Shown in pieces: positions 27,584-36,780 of a DNA stretch of 64,000 nucleotides (its first letter is position 1; the number at the start of each line of letters is the position of its first letter). A program made the position numbers and the translations under genes. Below the pieces are notes generated by a model. That model had not been told where the DNA came from. It searched no databases and worked only from the letters and a program-made list of their open reading frames with translations. The DNA comes from an uncultured Holophagales bacterium (GTDB taxonomy: Bacteria > Acidobacteriota > Thermoanaerobaculia > Multivoradales > UBA5704). Where the stretch lies: the NCBI GenBank assembly GCA_963842525.1, contig CAWJGT010000025.1, forward strand, positions 1-64,000, written 5' to 3'.

Positions 27584-27939
27584 TGGTGGAGGCGGTGGGA
27601 GTCGAACCCACGTCCGAGAAACGCGTCCCGAAAGCTTCTACGTGCGTAGCCTTCTGCTTAAGATCTCGCCGCGCGCGCTGTGGGAGAAGGCCGCCGGCGC
27701 GCTTGGCCATCCTCGCTTAAATCCGGGTACGTCGCGAGGCCTCCGTACCCTTCGATCCACTTCAAGTGTCGTCCCGAAGAGCGCCGTGGATCAGGGCTCT
27801 CCGAGGGACGTCGCTAGCCTAGATTAGGCCGCGAGAGCGAAGTTATCGTTCGCAGTTAGTTTGGTTCCGTTTGAACGAGCGGAAACTCGACACGCTACTC
27901 TCGACCCGCCTTGTTCCCCGTCGAAACCGGTACGCCCCC
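27584..27939 (-). ncRNA. ssrA: Transfer-messenger RNA
   Basis: 5' GGGGGCGTACCGGTTTCGAC, tag ANDNFALAA*, 3' GGTTCGACTCCCACCGCCTCCACCA. Confidence 0.97.
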
Positions 27940-28019
27940 AAGTTTTGAAAGAACCGCCGACGTGCTTCGTGGCACCAGTATAAACCATGGAGCGCCTAAA
28001 GGCATTCCCCCCGGGCGCC

Positions 28020-28469
28020 CTATGCTGCGGGGGCGCCGCCGGCCTCGGCCGCCACGGCGGCCAGGAACTCGTCCGGCCCGCTGGTGCGCAGCCGCGACAC
28101 CACCAGGAACCAGCCTCCCAGCGCGAGGACGGCGCCCAGGGCGGAGACCGGCAGGAGCTGCGGGAAGAACGGCCAGAGCACGGTGAGGACCGCGCCGGCC
28201 GCGGCGAAGAGGAGGACCACCACGGAGACGATCTGGACGTACTCGATCGACTCCTCGGGACGGAACGTCACCCGCGATCCCCCCTCACCCGGTTCGACGG
28301 TCACCGGACCGGACATCAGCCCGCGGCGCAGCCCATGCACCACGGGCAGATGGAGCCTGCCGCCCGACCCCTGCCGCTCGAATTCCGCCCCCCACGCCTC
28401 CGCAGCCCGCGCCACGGCGGCGAGGGCCAGGTCCGGCGGCTCGCCCAGCTCGATCTCGTGCTCCGCCAT
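28020..28469 (-). CDS. Hypothetical protein with two C-terminal TM helices
   Basis: Clean ORF directly after dusB with hydrophobic segments. Confidence 0.65.
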   Translation of the reverse strand: MAEHEIELGEPPDLALAAVARAAEAWGAEFERQGSGGRLHLPVVHGLRRGLMSGPVTVEPGEGGSRVTFRPEESIEYVQIVSVVVLLFAAAGAVLTVLWPFFPQLLPVSALGAVLALGGWFLVVSRLRTSGPDEFLAAVAAEAGGAPAA

Positions 28470-28479
28470 GGCTGGAAGG

Positions 28480-29463
28480 TCAGGCCGCCTTCTCGACGAG
28501 GATCTCCTCGAAGAAGGACTCGACGGCGGCGAGGAAGCTCTCGACGTCCGGCAACTGGTTGATGTCCTGCCGCAGGCGGCGGCCGTTGGGCAGGCCGTGG
28601 GTATACCAGCCGGTGAACTTGCGGAGCTTGTGGAGGGCGTAGAGCGAGGGCTCGCGCTCGGCCACTAGGCGGAAGTGCGTGAGGATCAGGTCCCGCCGGT
28701 CCTCGACCGTGGGCTCGCTCAGCCGGCCGCCCGAGAGGCGGGACGCGATCTGCCGGAAGAGCCACGGGTTGCGGGTGGCGCCGCGGCCGATCATCACGCC
28801 GTCGCAGCCGGTCGCGGCGAGCATCCGCTCCGCGTCCTCGGGCTCGCGGACGTCGCCGTTGCCGATCACCGGGATCGAGAGGGTCTGCTTGAGCTCGGCA
28901 AGGTGGGACCAGTCGGCCTCGCCGCTGAACATCTGGCGGGCGGTGCGCGCGTGCATGGCGACCGCGTTGACCCCGTTGGCCTCGCAGATCCGTCCCAGCT
29001 CGAGGTAGTTGCGCCGGCAGTCGTCGAGGCCGAGGCGGAACTTGACGGTCAGGGGGATCGAAATCGCGTCCCGCACGGTGCGGACGATCCGCTCGGCCAG
29101 CTTGAGGTCGCCCATCAGGGCGGCGCCGGCGCACCCCTTGAGCACCTTGTTGGCCGGGCAGCCCATGTTGATGTCGCAGATGTCCGCGCCCAGCTCCTGG
29201 ACGACCAGGGCCGCCTCGCGCATGGTGGCGGCGTCCGAGCCGTAGATCTGGATGGCGAGCGGACGCTCCTCTTTGCTGAAGTACATCAGGTCGCGGGTTT
29301 TCTGGTTGCCCGAGACGATGGCCTTCGACGAGATGAACTCCATCGACACCACACCCACGCCGCCGATCCGCCGGACGATCAGGCGGAAGTCGCGGTCGGT
29401 CACCCCCGCCATGGGGGCGAGCCAGAGGGGCGGGTCCACGCGGACGGAGCCGAGCTGCACCAT
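28480..29463 (-). CDS. dusB: tRNA-dihydrouridine synthase B
   Basis: LAPMAGVTD, DINMGCP, HART, GNGDV, VMIGRG. Confidence 0.93.
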   Translation of the reverse strand: MVQLGSVRVDPPLWLAPMAGVTDRDFRLIVRRIGGVGVVSMEFISSKAIVSGNQKTRDLMYFSKEERPLAIQIYGSDAATMREAALVVQELGADICDINMGCPANKVLKGCAGAALMGDLKLAERIVRTVRDAISIPLTVKFRLGLDDCRRNYLELGRICEANGVNAVAMHARTARQMFSGEADWSHLAELKQTLSIPVIGNGDVREPEDAERMLAATGCDGVMIGRGATRNPWLFRQIASRLSGGRLSEPTVEDRRDLILTHFRLVAEREPSLYALHKLRKFTGWYTHGLPNGRRLRQDINQLPDVESFLAAVESFFEEILVEKAA

Positions 29464-29493
29464 ACGGGGGATTGTAACGCGCGGGGTGAGGCG

Positions 29494-29775
29494 CTATTCC
29501 CGCCCCTCTCCCCTTGCCAGCCGGCCGACCAGCAGCGTCAGTAATCCGGCGATCAGCGCCCACTGAATCCCGCCGGCGACCAGGCTCCAGGCGAGCAGCG
29601 GCTCGCCGTCGAGGTGCATGTAGGCGAGCGACGCCGGGAAGTCGAGCCAGGCGAGGACGTTGCCCCGGCCGAAGAGCCCCCAGGTGCGCCACACCCAAAG
29701 CACGGTCAGGGTGTGGAGGACGACGCCAACGATCAGGGCGCCCAGGGCCGCACGCCGCGACGGCCGCCGGATCAC
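29494..29775 (-). CDS. Small membrane protein
   Basis: GTG start overlapping the upstream stop; two hydrophobic helices. Confidence 0.6.
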   Translation of the reverse strand: MIRRPSRRAALGALIVGVVLHTLTVLWVWRTWGLFGRGNVLAWLDFPASLAYMHLDGEPLLAWSLVAGGIQWALIAGLLTLLVGRLARGEGRE

Positions 29776-30470
29776 GACGCGCCTCCAGGGACATCCGCTG
29801 CGACCCGGAAGCCATAGTCGCTGTAACGCAGGTGGGGAGCGATGGCCGAACGGGCGGCGCAGCGGCTCACCTTGACGTGGTGGCGCCACGAGCCGCCCCG
29901 GGAGGTGCGCCGGGAGCCGCTCTCGGGCCCCATCGGATCGTCCGCCGGGGAAACTCTGTAGTAGCCCGCGTCGTACCAGTCCGAGCACCACTCGTGGACG
30001 TTCTCGCCCAGGCCGAGGAAGCCCAGCGGGTGGAGGGAGGGATAGGCATCGACAGGCTCCGGACCGTCCAGCCAGCGCCGCTCGTACTCGGGGAGCGCCT
30101 CGGGCGGCTCGTCCCCCCAGGGCCAGGCGACCTCGCGGCCGGCCTTGGCCGCATGCTCCCACTCGGCCTCGGTGGGCATGCGCACGGCGCTCCCCGACCG
30201 CTCGCCCAGCCAGGCGCAGTAGGCCGCGGCGTCGTCCCAGGAGGGCCCTACGGCCGGCATGCGCGGATGGGAGAAGGCAGGATCGTCCCAGAACGGAGGG
30301 GTGGGATGCCCGGTGGCGTCCAGGAAGTGCTGATAATCTTCCCGCGTCACCTGCGTCCGGGCGAGGAGGAAGGACCTCACCCGCACTTCGTGCCGCGGGT
30401 TCTCGTTGTCCCGCGGCCCGCCTCCCATCCAGAACCGGCCTCCAGGGACCGCGATCCACTCAAGCTTCAT
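29772..30470 (-). CDS. Formylglycine-generating enzyme (SUMF1/EgtB-C) domain protein
   Basis: GGRFWMG, RMPTEAEWEHAA, NVHEWCSDWY, RGGSW, GFRVA. Confidence 0.9.
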   Translation of the reverse strand: MKLEWIAVPGGRFWMGGGPRDNENPRHEVRVRSFLLARTQVTREDYQHFLDATGHPTPPFWDDPAFSHPRMPAVGPSWDDAAAYCAWLGERSGSAVRMPTEAEWEHAAKAGREVAWPWGDEPPEALPEYERRWLDGPEPVDAYPSLHPLGFLGLGENVHEWCSDWYDAGYYRVSPADDPMGPESGSRRTSRGGSWRHHVKVSRCAARSAIAPHLRYSDYGFRVAADVPGGAS

Positions 30471-30502
30471 ACCCGATAGCATAGTGGAGGAGATCCAAGA
30501 GC

Positions 30503-32158
30503 GTGACAGCGAACGCCTCAACCTCATCGGTCATCAGCCGGCCTGAACGGGCCCTTGAACGGGCCAACCTGCCGCGGGTCGACCTCGCGGCCGCCGGCCT
30601 CCTGCGGGACCTGCCGGCCACCTTTCTTGCGGGCCGCGACCTCGATCTGCTCGCCCCGCTGCGCTTCGCCCCTCCCGGCGAGCTCCCCTCCGGGCCGCCC
30701 CGGACCGGGGAGCGGCGGGAGCTGGCGGAGGCCCTCGCGGTCGCCAACCGCGGCTACGGCCACGAGCGGGCCGATCAGCTCGCGCGGAAGCTGGCGGATC
30801 CGGCGACCCGCGTCGTAGTCACCGGGCAGCAGCCGGGGTTGCTCGGCGGCCCCCTCTACTCCTTCGCCAAGGCCGTGGCCGCGGCGCGCTGGGCCGCGGA
30901 GCTGGAGGCCCGCGGCGAGCCGGCGGTGGCGGTCTTCTGGGTGTCGACCGAAGACCACGACTGGGCCGAAGTCTCGGCGGCCGTGGTGCCCACGAAGGAA
31001 GGGCCGCGCAGCTTCGATCTCGGCCCCGACCCCGAGCCTCTGATGCCGGTCGGGATGCGGACCTTCGGCCCCGGGATCGAGGAGGTGTTGCGCAGCCTCG
31101 CCGAGGCGGTGCCGGGCGATCTTTATGCCGGATGGCTCGCCGAGGTCGGCCGCTGGTACCGGCCGGACGCCCGCTTCGGCGAAGCCTTCTGCCGGCTCAT
31201 GGTCCGCATGCTCGGGCCGCACTGTCCGCTGCTGCTCGACGCCATGCTGCCGGCGCTCAAGGTGGCGCAACGCCCCTGGCTGCGGCGGGTGGTCGAGAGC
31301 CGGGCTCCGTTCGATGAAGCCCTGGCGCGGCGCGAGGCCGAGATCCAGGCGCGCGGCCATGCGCTCCAGGTGACGCCGCAGCCGGGGCTGAGCCCGCTCT
31401 TCCTCCTCTCCCGCGGCGAGCGGCGGCGGATCGAATGGCGGGACGACGACGGCTGGGTCTTGCGCGGCCGGCCCGACGTTGGCGGCAGCACCGCAGACCT
31501 GCTGCGGATCATCGACGAGAACCCCGGCGTGGTCTCTCCCGGCGTGCTCGCCCGCACCGCTCTCCAGGACGCGGTCCTCGGCTCGTGGCTCCAGGTGATG
31601 GGACCCGGCGAGCTCTCCTACATGGCGCAGGTGTCCGCCGTCTACCCCGTCCTGGAGGTGGAGGCGCCATGGACCTCCCTGCGGCCGCAGACCCTGGTCC
31701 TCGATCCGCATCAGGCCGAGAAGCTGGGCGACCTCGGCCTGCCGCTCGAAGACCTGCTCGGCGACCGCCACCATCTCGACCACGTCCTCGCGGTGCGGGA
31801 GGATGGCGACTTCGTGGCCCCGGTGCGGGCGCGGGTGGAGGCAATCCTGGACGAGCTGCGTGCGCCGGCCCTGGCCATCGATCCCAACCTGGAGAAGCCG
31901 CTCGACAAGACGCGCGAGCAGGTCCTCCGCGCGCTCGACCTGCTCGGCGAGAAGGTGGTCGGAGCGGCGGCGCGGCGCAACGAGGTGCTCGACCGGAGGG
32001 TCCAGCAGCTCCGCGACGCGGTCCTCCCCCTGGGCCGGCTGCAGGAGCGGGTCGTGGCCTGCGCTCATTTCCAGGGAAAGTACGGCCCGCGGTTCGTCGA
32101 GAGCTATTGGGAGCAGATGGACCTCGATCCGAGGTTCCTGCAGGTGATCGTGCCCTAA
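30503..32158 (+). CDS. bshC: Bacillithiol cysteine-adding enzyme BshC
   Basis: VVTGQQPGLLGGPLY, FWVSTEDHDWAEV, SPGVL, GPGELSY, LQERV. Confidence 0.92.
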   Translation: MTANASTSSVISRPERALERANLPRVDLAAAGLLRDLPATFLAGRDLDLLAPLRFAPPGELPSGPPRTGERRELAEALAVANRGYGHERADQLARKLADPATRVVVTGQQPGLLGGPLYSFAKAVAAARWAAELEARGEPAVAVFWVSTEDHDWAEVSAAVVPTKEGPRSFDLGPDPEPLMPVGMRTFGPGIEEVLRSLAEAVPGDLYAGWLAEVGRWYRPDARFGEAFCRLMVRMLGPHCPLLLDAMLPALKVAQRPWLRRVVESRAPFDEALARREAEIQARGHALQVTPQPGLSPLFLLSRGERRRIEWRDDDGWVLRGRPDVGGSTADLLRIIDENPGVVSPGVLARTALQDAVLGSWLQVMGPGELSYMAQVSAVYPVLEVEAPWTSLRPQTLVLDPHQAEKLGDLGLPLEDLLGDRHHLDHVLAVREDGDFVAPVRARVEAILDELRAPALAIDPNLEKPLDKTREQVLRALDLLGEKVVGAAARRNEVLDRRVQQLRDAVLPLGRLQERVVACAHFQGKYGPRFVESYWEQMDLDPRFLQVIVP

Positions 32159-32172
32159 GGAGAAGGAAGATC

Positions 32173-32907
32173 ATGCTCGACGTCCTCGCCATCGGCGCCC
32201 ATCCGGATGACGTGGAGCTCGGCTGCGGCGGCACTTTGGCCCTGCTGGCGCGCCAGGGCCGCCGGACCGGCATCCTGCACCTGACCCGCGGTGAGCGCGG
32301 CACCCGTGGCACCGAGCAGGAGCGGAGGTCCGAGGCCGAGCGTGCCGCCGAGGCCCTGGGCGCCGCCGAGCTCGACTTCCTCGACTGCGGCGACGGCGGG
32401 TTGCGGCACGGCACGGCCGAGGAGGACGCGTTGATCGAAATCCTCCGCCGCTGGCGTCCGGAGGTGGTGCTGGGGCCGACGCCCGAGGACCGGCATCCGG
32501 ACCATGGCCGCTCGCACCGCCTGGTGGCCGATGCCTGCTTCTACGCCGGCCTGCGCAACCGGGGGTCCGGAGAGGCGTACCGGCCGGCCGCGGTCTTCTC
32601 CTACATGCAGCACGACCTCTTCGAGCCGAGCTTCCTGGTCGACGTTTCGGCTACGTGGGACGCCAAGATCGCGTCCCTCGCCGCCTACCGCAGCCAGCTC
32701 TATCAGCCGGGTCAATCGGATCGGGAAAAGGAGGACCAGGACCAGCCGAAGACCAAGATCGCGTCGCGGGAGCTCTGGTACGCCCTCGAGGGGCGGGCGC
32801 GCCACTTCGGCCTGCTCATCGGGGCGGAATTCGCCGAGCCGTTCTGGAGCCGCGGGCCGCTGGCGGTGCGCGATGTCCTTTCCCTTGTGCCGGGAGGCAT
32901 CCGTTGA
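32173..32907 (+). CDS. bshB1: Bacillithiol deacetylase BshB1
   Basis: GAHPDDVELGCGGT, LTRGERGTRGT, DRHPDH. Confidence 0.92.
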   Translation: MLDVLAIGAHPDDVELGCGGTLALLARQGRRTGILHLTRGERGTRGTEQERRSEAERAAEALGAAELDFLDCGDGGLRHGTAEEDALIEILRRWRPEVVLGPTPEDRHPDHGRSHRLVADACFYAGLRNRGSGEAYRPAAVFSYMQHDLFEPSFLVDVSATWDAKIASLAAYRSQLYQPGQSDREKEDQDQPKTKIASRELWYALEGRARHFGLLIGAEFAEPFWSRGPLAVRDVLSLVPGGIR

Positions 32908-34031
32908 GGATCGGCATCAGTTGCTATCCGACCTATGGCGGCTCGGGGGTGGTGGCCACCGAGCTGGCCATGGCGCTGGCCCAAGGCGGGGATGAGGTCC
33001 ACGTCATCAGCTACGCCCTCCCGACGCGCCTCTCCTTCCTCAACTCGCGGATCTTCTTCCACGAGGTGGTGACGCCGACCTATCCGCTCTTCGAGGCCTA
33101 TCCGCCCTATTCGCTGGCGCTGTCGACCAAGATGGTCGAGGTGGCCCGCCACGCCCGGCTCGACGTGCTGCACGTCCACTACGCCATCCCCAACGCGGTC
33201 TCGGCCGTGCTCGCCCGGCAGATCCTGGCGCCGCGGCCGCTGCCGGTGGTGACCACGCTCCACGGCACGGACGTCACCCTGGTGGGAGTCGACCCCAACT
33301 ACCTGGAGACCACGCGCTGGGGGATCACCGAGAGCGACGCGGTGACCGCGGTCTCGGAATCGCTTCGCCGGTCGACCATGGAGCAGCTCGGGATCCACAA
33401 CCGGATCGAGGTGATCCCCAACTTCATCGATCCGGCGCGCTTCGAGCAGGTGCGCGACTCCCCCGGCGCCCGCCGCTGGGCGCGGGAGGACGAGCGCATC
33501 CTGGTCCATATCTCCAATTTTCGGCCGGTCAAGCGGATCCTCGACGTCGTCGAGGTCTTCCGGCGGGTACGCCAGCAGGTCCCCTCCCGCCTGCTGATGG
33601 TCGGCGACGGACCGGAGCGCGGCCGGGCGGAGCAGCACTGCCGCGAGACCGGCATCTGCGAATCGATCACCTTCATCGGCAGCCTGCCGGTGGTCGAGGA
33701 GGTGCTGGTGGGGGCCGACCTCTTCCTGCTCCCTTCGGAGACCGAGTCGTTCGGCCTCGCGGCGCTGGAGGCCCTGGCCTGCGAGGTGCCGGTCGTCGCC
33801 ACCACGGTGGGCGGCATCCCGGAGGTCGTGGAGCACGGCACGAACGGGTTCCTCTGCCCGGTCGGGGACGTCGAGGGGATGGCCGCCGCGGCCGTGCGGC
33901 TGCTGACCGACCCCGAGCTGCGCCGCTCGTTCGGCGCGGCGGGGCGCCGGTGGGCAGTCGAGAGGTTCAGCCAGGACGCCGTGGTTGCCCGCTACCGGTC
34001 GGTCTACGAGCGAGTGGCCGGGAGGACCTGA
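32904..34031 (+). CDS. bshA: GlcNAc-malate synthase BshA
   Basis: IGISCYPTYGGSGVVATEL, HVHYAIP, TTLHGTDVTLVG, SNFRPVKR, ESFGL. Confidence 0.95.
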   Translation: MRIGISCYPTYGGSGVVATELAMALAQGGDEVHVISYALPTRLSFLNSRIFFHEVVTPTYPLFEAYPPYSLALSTKMVEVARHARLDVLHVHYAIPNAVSAVLARQILAPRPLPVVTTLHGTDVTLVGVDPNYLETTRWGITESDAVTAVSESLRRSTMEQLGIHNRIEVIPNFIDPARFEQVRDSPGARRWAREDERILVHISNFRPVKRILDVVEVFRRVRQQVPSRLLMVGDGPERGRAEQHCRETGICESITFIGSLPVVEEVLVGADLFLLPSETESFGLAALEALACEVPVVATTVGGIPEVVEHGTNGFLCPVGDVEGMAAAAVRLLTDPELRRSFGAAGRRWAVERFSQDAVVARYRSVYERVAGRT

Positions 34032-34610
34032 ATCCCCTCGTACCTGAGCCCCGCGGGCGAGGCCCGGGCCGAGATCCGGGAGAAGGGCTCTCGCTTCCTC
34101 GCCGTGATCGGGCCGGCCGATGGCGAGGAAGCGGCCCGGGCCGCCCTCGCGGCGCTGGCCCGCGAATTCCCCGACGCCACCCACCACTGCTGGGCCTGGA
34201 GGCTCGGCGCGGCACCGAGCGAGCGCAGCGCGGACGCGGGCGAGCCCGCCGGCACGGCCGGGATGCCGATCCTCCAGGTGCTCCGCGGCGCCGGCCTGTC
34301 GGACGTGCTGGCGGTGGTGGTCCGGTGGTTCGGCGGCACCAAGCTGGGCAAGGGCGGGCTTGCCCGGGCCTACGCGGCGGCGGCCCGCGAGGCGGTCCAG
34401 GGTCTGCCGGTGGTCGCCAGGGTGCCAACGGTGCGACTCGCGTTGCGGGTCCCCTACGAGCGGGTCGGCGCGGTCAAGCGCCTGGTCCACCCGCCCGAGG
34501 TCGAGCTGGAGCTGGAGGAGTACGGCGAGGACGCGCGGCTGACGCTCGTGGTGCACGAAGAGCGGGCCGCGTCCCTGCGGGAGGCTCTGGCAGACGTGGG
34601 TGTGTTGTAG
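34032..34610 (+). CDS. YigZ/IMPACT family protein (start appears to be ATC)
   Basis: EKGSRF, ATHHCWAW, DAGEPAGTAG, VVRWFGGTKLGKGGL. Confidence 0.9.
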   Translation: MPSYLSPAGEARAEIREKGSRFLAVIGPADGEEAARAALAALAREFPDATHHCWAWRLGAAPSERSADAGEPAGTAGMPILQVLRGAGLSDVLAVVVRWFGGTKLGKGGLARAYAAAAREAVQGLPVVARVPTVRLALRVPYERVGAVKRLVHPPEVELELEEYGEDARLTLVVHEERAASLREALADVGVL

Positions 34611-34653
34611 ACTGCGCCTGACCGTCGTTCTTTTTGGAAAGGAGACGCCTGCG

Positions 34654-35067
34654 ATGAGCGAACCCGGCGCCCCGCCTCCACCCCCGTCCTACACTCCGCC
34701 GCCGCCTCCGCCTCCCATGGGCGGAGCTCCCGGCAGCCCCGGGGTCAGCCCGAACCGGAACCTGATGATCATCCTCTCGTACATCTGGATCCTGTTCCTG
34801 GTCCCGATGATCACCGAGAAGGACGACCCCGAGGTGCAGTGGCACGCCAAACACGGCGCCGTGCTGTTCGTCGCCGAGATCATCCTGTATGTCGCCTCCT
34901 GGATCATCACCTACATGATCAGCAGCTTCAGCAGTTGCGGTTGCTTCTCGCCGTCGTTCTTCGTCTGGGCAGCGTTCCTGGTGGTCCGCATCCTCTGCAT
35001 CGTCAAGGGTGTCAGCGGGCAGCGGTTCATCATCCCGGGCATCAGCGACTTCGTGAACCGTTTCTGA
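34654..35067 (+). CDS. DUF4870-like membrane protein with Pro-rich N-terminus
   Basis: LSYIWILFLVP...VQWHAKHG, three TM segments; GGAG RBS. Confidence 0.75.
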   Translation: MSEPGAPPPPPSYTPPPPPPPMGGAPGSPGVSPNRNLMIILSYIWILFLVPMITEKDDPEVQWHAKHGAVLFVAEIILYVASWIITYMISSFSSCGCFSPSFFVWAAFLVVRILCIVKGVSGQRFIIPGISDFVNRF

Positions 35068-35086
35068 TCGGCGGGAGTCTACGACT

Positions 35087-35386
35087 ATGGATCCGATCAC
35101 CGGAGCACCGCAGGAGTCGGCCAGCAGCCAGGCGATCACGGCGCTGGTGCTGGGTATCCTTGGGTTGCTCGCCTGTCAGCTCCTGGGGCCGTTTGCCTGG
35201 TATCTGGGCAACCAGGAGCTGCGGGCGATCCGCGAGGGACGGTCTCCCAGGGCCGGAGAGGCCCTGGCGATGGCCGGGAAGGTCATGGGCATCATCGGCA
35301 CGGTCCTCATGGTGGTCGTGCTCGTGGTGATCTTCTTCTTCGGGGGCCTGGCCTTCCTGATGGCCGTCTTCGAGGGCTCGAGGTAG
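35087..35386 (+). CDS. DUF4190-like membrane protein
   Basis: AITALVLGILG...GPFAWYLG...AMAGKVMGIIG. Confidence 0.75.
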   Translation: MDPITGAPQESASSQAITALVLGILGLLACQLLGPFAWYLGNQELRAIREGRSPRAGEALAMAGKVMGIIGTVLMVVVLVVIFFFGGLAFLMAVFEGSR

Positions 35387-35397
35387 GACACGCGACC

Positions 35398-35793
35398 GTG
35401 TGGCGCAGGGCGGGCGCCGCGAGCTGGTTCGCGGCGGGGCTGGCAGGGGCGGCGGGGTTCCTCCTCCTCCGCTCCTGGGTCCCGCCGCCCGGGGCCCGCT
35501 TCACCATCTGCGTCCTCCGCCGGCTGACCGGCCTCCCGTGCCCGGGTTGCGGCCTGACCCGGGCCTTCGCGCATCTGGCCAAGGGGGAATGGGCCGTGGC
35601 CGCGGTGGACCACCCTTTCGCCTTCGTCCTCGCGGCGGAGCTGGGCCTCGCTTGGCTCGTCTGGGGGACTGCCCTCGCCCGCGGCCGGCCGGTCACGATG
35701 CCACCCTGGCTCGAGCATCTCGTCCTCGCCCATATCCTGGTGGTGGCCGCCTTCTGGCTCGGCCGCCTGTCCACCGGGACCCTTCCCTGGTGA
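35398..35793 (+). CDS. DUF2752 family membrane protein
   Basis: C..RRLTGLPCPGCGLTRA. Confidence 0.85.
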   Translation: MWRRAGAASWFAAGLAGAAGFLLLRSWVPPPGARFTICVLRRLTGLPCPGCGLTRAFAHLAKGEWAVAAVDHPFAFVLAAELGLAWLVWGTALARGRPVTMPPWLEHLVLAHILVVAAFWLGRLSTGTLPW

Positions 35794-35800
35794 GGAGCAA

Positions 35801-36109
35801 ATGACTCGTCGAAAGAAGGCTGCGGCCGTGGCTCTCGGGGTGCTCCTGCTGCTCGCGCTCGATCTGGCGCGCGCGCCCGCGGACCAGCTCTCCGCGCGTG
35901 CCCTCCTCGGAGGCATCCACCTCTACCAGGCCACCCTCTCGCAGCTGATGCCGCGCGCAGGCGTCCGCTGTCGTTTCCACCCCACCTGCAGCCATTACGG
36001 CGAAGGGGCGATCCGCAAGCGCGGCGCCCTCGTGGGGAGCCTGAAGGCGGCCTGGCGGATCGCCCGCTGCGGTCCCTGGACCCCCCAGGGGACGGTCGAT
36101 CCGCCGTAG
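35801..36109 (+). CDS. yidD: Second YidD (membrane protein insertion efficiency factor)
   Basis: CRFHPTCSHY, RIARCGPW..G.VDPP. Confidence 0.88.
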   Translation: MTRRKKAAAVALGVLLLLALDLARAPADQLSARALLGGIHLYQATLSQLMPRAGVRCRFHPTCSHYGEGAIRKRGALVGSLKAAWRIARCGPWTPQGTVDPP

Positions 36110-36170
36110 GTGCGCCCGGCGGTTGACAAGCCCGGCGCGGACCCACCATGCTCCAGGGCAGGGAGGGATC

Positions 36171-36650
36171 GTGGAGACCGACAGGATCGACTATCCGGCC
36201 ATCCTCCAGGAGGCGCTGCGTGGTGCCGTGCGCCAGGTCTTGGCGCAGGTGGCCGAGCACGGGATGCCCGGCGATCATCACTTCTACGTCGAGTTCCGCA
36301 CCGACCATCCGGGGGTGGAGGTGCCGCGCTTCCTTCGCGACATGTATCCCGAGGAGATGCGGATCGTCCTCCAGAACCAGTACTGGGACCTGGCGGTGGA
36401 CGACGAGGTGTTCTCCGTGGCCCTGAGCTTCAACGCCGCCCGCCACCGGCTGACCGTCCCGTTTGCCGCTCTCACCGCCTTCGTCGATCCCGAGGCCCAG
36501 TTCGCGCTGCGCTTCGAGCCCCACGGCGTCAAACCGGGTGACAGCCGCGGTCCGTACCCCGCTGAGGTGCTGCCGCCCGCCGAGGACGAAGAGGAGAAAC
36601 CCGGGCGAGCCGCGGAGGTCCTGCGGTTCGACCCGTCACGGCGTAAATGA
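36171..36650 (+). CDS. SspB-family ClpXP adaptor (alphaproteobacterial type)
   Basis: PGDHHFY..FRT.HPGV, YPEEMRIVLQNQYWDL, C-terminal VLRFD..RK. Confidence 0.85.
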   Translation: METDRIDYPAILQEALRGAVRQVLAQVAEHGMPGDHHFYVEFRTDHPGVEVPRFLRDMYPEEMRIVLQNQYWDLAVDDEVFSVALSFNAARHRLTVPFAALTAFVDPEAQFALRFEPHGVKPGDSRGPYPAEVLPPAEDEEEKPGRAAEVLRFDPSRRK

Positions 36651-36780
36651 TCCCCGACGGGGCACGATCGTCCTCTCCAGGGGACGATTCGCTCGCTCCG
36701 AGGTGCGTTTCTCCCCGGGTGGAGCTTCCAGCGAGGTGGCATCCCCCTTGCTCCCCAAGGATGAGACGAGGAGCCCGACC

